From positions 3,230,833 through 3,294,832 of the forward strand of contig CAJINV010000005.1 in assembly GCA_905178155.1 (NCBI GenBank): a stretch of DNA of 64,000 nt, read 5' to 3'. Below, piece by piece: positions 59,601 to 64,000 of the stretch (position 1 is the stretch's first letter; every line of letters begins with the position of its first letter). The notes below the pieces were generated by a model. That model was given only the letters and a program-made list of their open reading frames with translations. It was not told the DNA's origin and made no database searches. The translations under genes were made by a program, and so were the position numbers. The DNA is from Amoebophrya sp. A120 (lineage: Eukaryota; Protista; Dinoflagellata).

Positions 59601-62600
59601 ACGCTCGGACCACGACAAGCGTCGTACGACGCAAATACGAGCGTGGGAACAACGCCGGCCTCACCTCGAATGTCACAAATGCCACAACAACAGCAGCAAC
59701 AAGTTGTAACATCATCCCCCCGCTCTGGTTCAACATCATCTGCCGCGCTGTTGAAGCAGTCCTCCTACAGCACCGCCCTGCTGCGTTTTTCCGAGAACGT
59801 CCCGGAACCGTGGCGGGAACAGGTGTTGCTCCCGACGCTCTTGAAATCTGCCGTGAATGTGAAACTTCTCCCCGCGTTGCCTGCGATTGCCACCACGCTC
59901 TCGCGCATGGAAGCAGCGGAGTTCGCTCGGTTTGCGTTCTCAACCGGTGCTGGTGGTGGTGGTGCAACTACAATGGCGTCTGACCAGGCATCCTCTTCAT
60001 CTGGGACGAAGAGAACAAACAGACCAAATGAACAAGCGGGCGGGTCGTCGGGTAGCAGCGCAAATCCGACAGCAAGCGAGAATGCGCCGCAGCAAACCGG
60101 AGCGGTGGATGCTGCGGGCGTGTTCGTCTGGGTTCTGCTGGTTCTCCACGATCCGCTCTCCGTCGACGCCTTGCCGCTGCTGGACTTTCTCCGGTCCTGG
60201 GCGCCGGTGGTGCACGACGAGTTGGGGAATTTGTGGCAGCACACGGACCGGCTGCAGGTGTTGAAGCAGTTCCTGAAGAAGAAGATCGGCGCGAAACGGT
60301 TGACGCTCGCCGAACGGGAATTGGTGTTCGACCAGTGGTATGCATTGCAAAAGTAACGTACTAGTATAAATTGCATTACAAATTTTGGCAAGAAGAAAAG
60401 TGGAGTTTGTAATGCTGTTGTACCTTAGGAGGGAGATTTGACATGCATGTTTGCAATTAGTACGAGTGCGATACTTTTGCACAGCATAAATAGTTTGCGG
60501 CCCTGTCGAACGAGTTGCAGTTTTGCCTACGCGGGATGGTTTTCCATCATCATCATCACCAACATCCCAGCGCAATATTAAATCCCAGCTCCTTTGATCA
60601 TGCAACATCTACTTCCGGGTACTCGTACTCCTCCCAGCAACAGTCAGACAAGATGAACCAGTTCGCAAGCCGGTTTCTGATCACCGCGACGCAGACGAAA
60701 ACGCGGCTCCAGGCGTTCGGCCAGAAGCTGTTCGCGCAGTTGGCGGACGACAGCGCGACCCAGTTTCTCCAGACGGTGTTTCAGCTCTACTGCACCGCGG
60801 TCATGCGGATTGGCATCACAAACTTGCAGTCCTGTGGCATGAACCACGCTGCGACCAACGAGAACTACAACAAGATCCAGAATATCAAATGCAAAAATGT
60901 CTGGGTCTGGAAGAATCCGAACTTGTGATGCTGCATTTGGATTCCAAAAAAATCTGTATTGCATGACCAGCAAAGGGAATGCAATTTTGACCAGCAGAGG
61001 GCGTTTGTCATGCGCAATAGGTATCGCGAAGCCCTCAAAAAGTCTGTGATGCTAGGGCATGCATCACAGACATCATGGCTCATGCAAAAGAACGTGCACG
61101 ACAAGTCTCAGAATCTTCCAGACCCAGACATTTTTGCATTTGATCCAGAAACTGCTGGAGCAACAGGTGTTTGCCTTCCTGCAAGAGGACGAACTCTCGC
61201 TGGTCATGGAAGACCAGGAGAGCGGCCAGCAGCTGGAACACAAACTCCTCCGCCGTTTGTCCGCTCGGGCGGTCGCGGTGTGTGCTGGCGAGCACTTCGA
61301 GGCGGTGCTGGCGACGATCGGCGTATCAAATGTAAAAATGTCTGGGTCTGGAAGAGTCATGCTGTTTTTGCATGACACAGAAGGTCTGGCATGGAAGCTC
61401 TAGCATCACAGGTCTCGAGAAGCGTTCGCAATGCCGGATCCGCATGACAAATCCCTGATTTTGGTGACAGAAAGTGGGCAGCTTTTGCTGCTTATGCATG
61501 AGAGATTTTCATTTTTCTGTGTTCTGAAATGCGCATCACAAGTTTCAAACTTCCAGACCCAGACATTTTTGCAATTGATACGGCGCGGCGTTCATCAAAT
61601 TGGAATCGCAGCACGAGTATCAAATGCAAATATGTCTGGGGCTGGAAACTGGTGATGCTGGCTTGGGAATGGTGGACACACTGCAATACGCAGCCAAGCA
61701 TGACAAGTTTTTGAGCTGCTATGTGTTGCGAGTTCTGCATGGCAAACTGCGCTTTTGCATGACAGGCAAGAGACTCTCATCCTGCTCATGCATCACAGAG
61801 TTAGGCGTCATGAGAGACAAGCATGGCAAACTTCCAATCTTCCAGAACCAGACATATTTGCAATGCATAACGAGCAAGACCTGTTTTACGCCAACGCCGC
61901 GAACACCCCGGGCTTGGGCGTCATGAACTGGATCGACGGGGGCAAACGCGCATATGGGGTTCTCAATTGTTACATTCTCAACTGTTACATGAATTTGTGA
62001 TGCAAGAATAGCAACAGGAAAAGGCCGGATCTTGCAACTCTTGCATTACAAATTCGGCACAGATTCCCTTTCCCATGCTCTTTAGCGCTTCCAAAATTTG
62101 TCATGCGAGGCAGCTTCACTGTGTGGACGTTGGTGCTCATTTTGCATGACAAATCATGTAACAGTATGAGAATGTAACAGTTGAGAACGCCATAGCGCAC
62201 TGCAGCTCCAAGCCACGGTGGACAGCCGCGTGAAGCTCACGCTCGCTTTGGGCTACTGCCTCCTCTACGCGCCGTCAAGGCGACGCTTGCTAGACCACGC
62301 GGGCCCGTTCGCACTCATGCCGCTGGCGCGGGATCTGCAGAAATTCTCGGAGCATTTGGCCACCGTGAACCAGAACACCGCTTTGGAGCAGATGGCTGGT
62401 ACTAAGAGTTTTAGAATTTACTGACATCTGCTCAACACATTGATTGTCGTGAAGATGGATAACTTTGAAGATCAAGAAGATGTACTAGTCGTGATTCGCA
62501 TTCGGAATGAAAAAATAAGTACGGATCTTGTAGTATTCGTGAGTGGAATTTCTGTGAAAAGCGCCGTCACCTACTCCAATCAAAAACCTAAACCCCACTT

Positions 62601-64000
62601 CTTTCAGGCACTACGGAGGTGCTTCTGTCCCTTCTCGAGACCATCCGGCGGTGTGCGGAGAGCATCGCCTGCCCCGACCTGGAGCAGCACCCTTCCCGAG
62701 ACCCCTTCTTTGACGAACAGCACGACGGCAGCCGCTTGTCTTTCGTGATCACCGACCGGGAGGAATTGCTCGGGCTCTCCGACCTGCGTCACCAGCTGAT
62801 CGAGGGTTGTCTGGACCTCATGTCCCAGCGAAAGAAACTCCAGGACCGCTTAACCCAATACCGCCAAACGGTCCTCACGCCGCAGACCCCGGCCCCGCAA
62901 ATCCAGCTCCTCGGCGGAGTTACGAGTAACGGGCAAAAGTTGCCGAGGGAAACGGTGAGCGCGATCGCGAGTCTGCTGGCTTTGTCGACCGACGTCCCGC
63001 CGAATCTGTACGTCAAAAGCCTGCAGTCCGCGTTGGAGTGGCTGGTGGAAGGCACAAAGGAAGATGGTAGTATTGTTCCACCAGGTAGTAGTACAACCAC
63101 TTCTAGAGGTGGAACTGGAACTGTCACAAGTCCAAGCAGTGCAGCTGCGAAAGTAAAAAATGCGTCAAAAACTACGACGCCGAAAATGATGGAGGATGAA
63201 ATGACGGACGCAGTGTGGGAAAAAGTCACTACCGTCGGCGAGCTCGTCCGGGTTCTGACGCTGCAGGGCCAATCCTGGCTGTCTGTCCGTGCGATTTCCA
63301 AAGCGATCGTCGAGGCTTTGCTGCCGTTCGCAGAGCGACTGCTCTACCGCTGGGTGATGACGCATTTGCTGCGGGTGGTGTGCGAGAACAGCCCGATTTT
63401 GGATCCAATCGGGATTCCGGACGAAGACACCGCCGAGGACAAGGCGGAGCAGCTGCTCGGCCGAGCAGGCGACTCCACGCAGAGTGGCGGGTATGAGGCC
63501 GTGGCGGCGAACGCGGTTGATTTATTTCTTGGAGATGAAGATGACAGAGGGCGACGAGAAAGTCAGAATGATAATCTCCTCCAAGGAGAAAGCGAGGAGG
63601 AGGACGGCTTGGATCTAGGCGCGGGAGCGACGAGAACAACCGCAACGGTCGCTACTTCGTCCGTCGCAATGACTACAACCGGAGGTCATGCGGCGTCGAC
63701 GAATCTTCAGACGCGGAGCCGGGACGTGAGTCCGACTTTTTCTTCGGTACAAACACCCCAAACGCAAGCGAACAATTTCGGTACAGATTTCGCAGCCCTC
63801 GATGAGCCGGACCTTCTTGGTGAGCTTGCAACTACCGCCTCGCCGAATTCGAGACGGGACGTGCGCGACGCAATCAAAGACAGGTTCGCGGCCGTGGAAC
63901 ATCAAGCACAAGAACGAGGACCACGACCCACGAGTCGTACGCCCGATAATCATATGGGGACGAACAGTCCCGCGGGCTCCTCCGTGGACAGCTTCGAGCA
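56699..64000 (+). CDS. Large HEAT-repeat protein, MROH1/SGR6-like, 3'-truncated; introns 57086-57350, 58056-58226 and 62399-62607 (GT-AG) plus six introners
   Basis: Leu-rich helical blocks. EQVLLPTLL...ALPAIATTL, LLDFLRSWAPVVHDELGNLW, AVAVCAGEHFEAVL and LALGYCLLYAP resemble Maestro-HEAT (MROH1) segments as I recall them. The joins checked are in frame and the last exon runs to the window end. Confidence 0.6.
58847..59108. mobile_element. Introner family A
   Basis: TIR present; TSD gacga; close relative of 45055. Confidence 0.9.
60339..60488. mobile_element. Introner family C
   Basis: TIR present; TSD agtgg/aatag (2 mismatches); frame restored (DQW|FAAL). Confidence 0.8.
60883..61145. mobile_element. 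Introner family A
   Basis: TIR present (ends ATC instead of ATA); TSD cagaa. Confidence 0.9.
61324..61580. mobile_element. Introner family A
   Basis: TIR present; TSD cggcg. Confidence 0.9.
61618..61869. mobile_element. Introner family A
   Basis: TIR present; TSD acgag; related to 7736 and 8874. Confidence 0.9.
61953..62194. mobile_element. Introner family E (reverse orientation to 44747)
   Basis: TIR present; TSD gcgca. Confidence 0.9.

Noticed and set aside
7412-61869. CRISPR-like or bacterial REP/IS interpretation of the repeats
   Set aside because: The repeats are paired inverted ends of dispersed 150-320 bp units with TSDs inside eukaryotic genes. There is no repeat-spacer array, cas gene or transposase.
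2637-61926. Recurrent short ORFs containing CKNVWVWK, LPDPDIFA or FQTQTFLH
   Set aside because: They are translations of the family A TIR in different frames, not a protein family.

Overview
Eukaryotic nuclear DNA, most consistent with the parasitic dinoflagellate Amoebophrya (Syndiniales). This assignment is inferred from the intron style and co-oriented genes, not from a marker gene. There are about eleven host genes, all on the + strand: an LRR protein, a small membrane protein, a TPR-glycosyltransferase fusion, two duplicated hypothetical genes, an RRM plus methyltransferase-like protein, two tandem FUSC/ALMT-like membrane paralogs, an NHL-type beta-propeller, a coiled-coil protein and an MROH1-like HEAT protein. 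They are interrupted by 30 introner-type elements (TAT...ATA ends, terminal inverted repeats, 5-bp target-site duplications, at least 7 TIR families). Removing each element plus one TSD copy restores the reading frame. Only 2 of the 30 can be drawn as GT-AG introns, and family members occur in both orientations. An 11.3-kb tyrosine-recombinase retrotransposon (13809-25116, - strand) has split direct repeats and an unusual layout: A1-gag-YR-B1-A2-RT/RNaseH-B2. The internal B/A junction separates the YR gene from the RT gene, so the element reads as two head-to-tail cassettes with the same ends. A palindrome-rich foldback region lies at about 50.6-52.2 kb. All coordinates were read by eye and no database searches were run.
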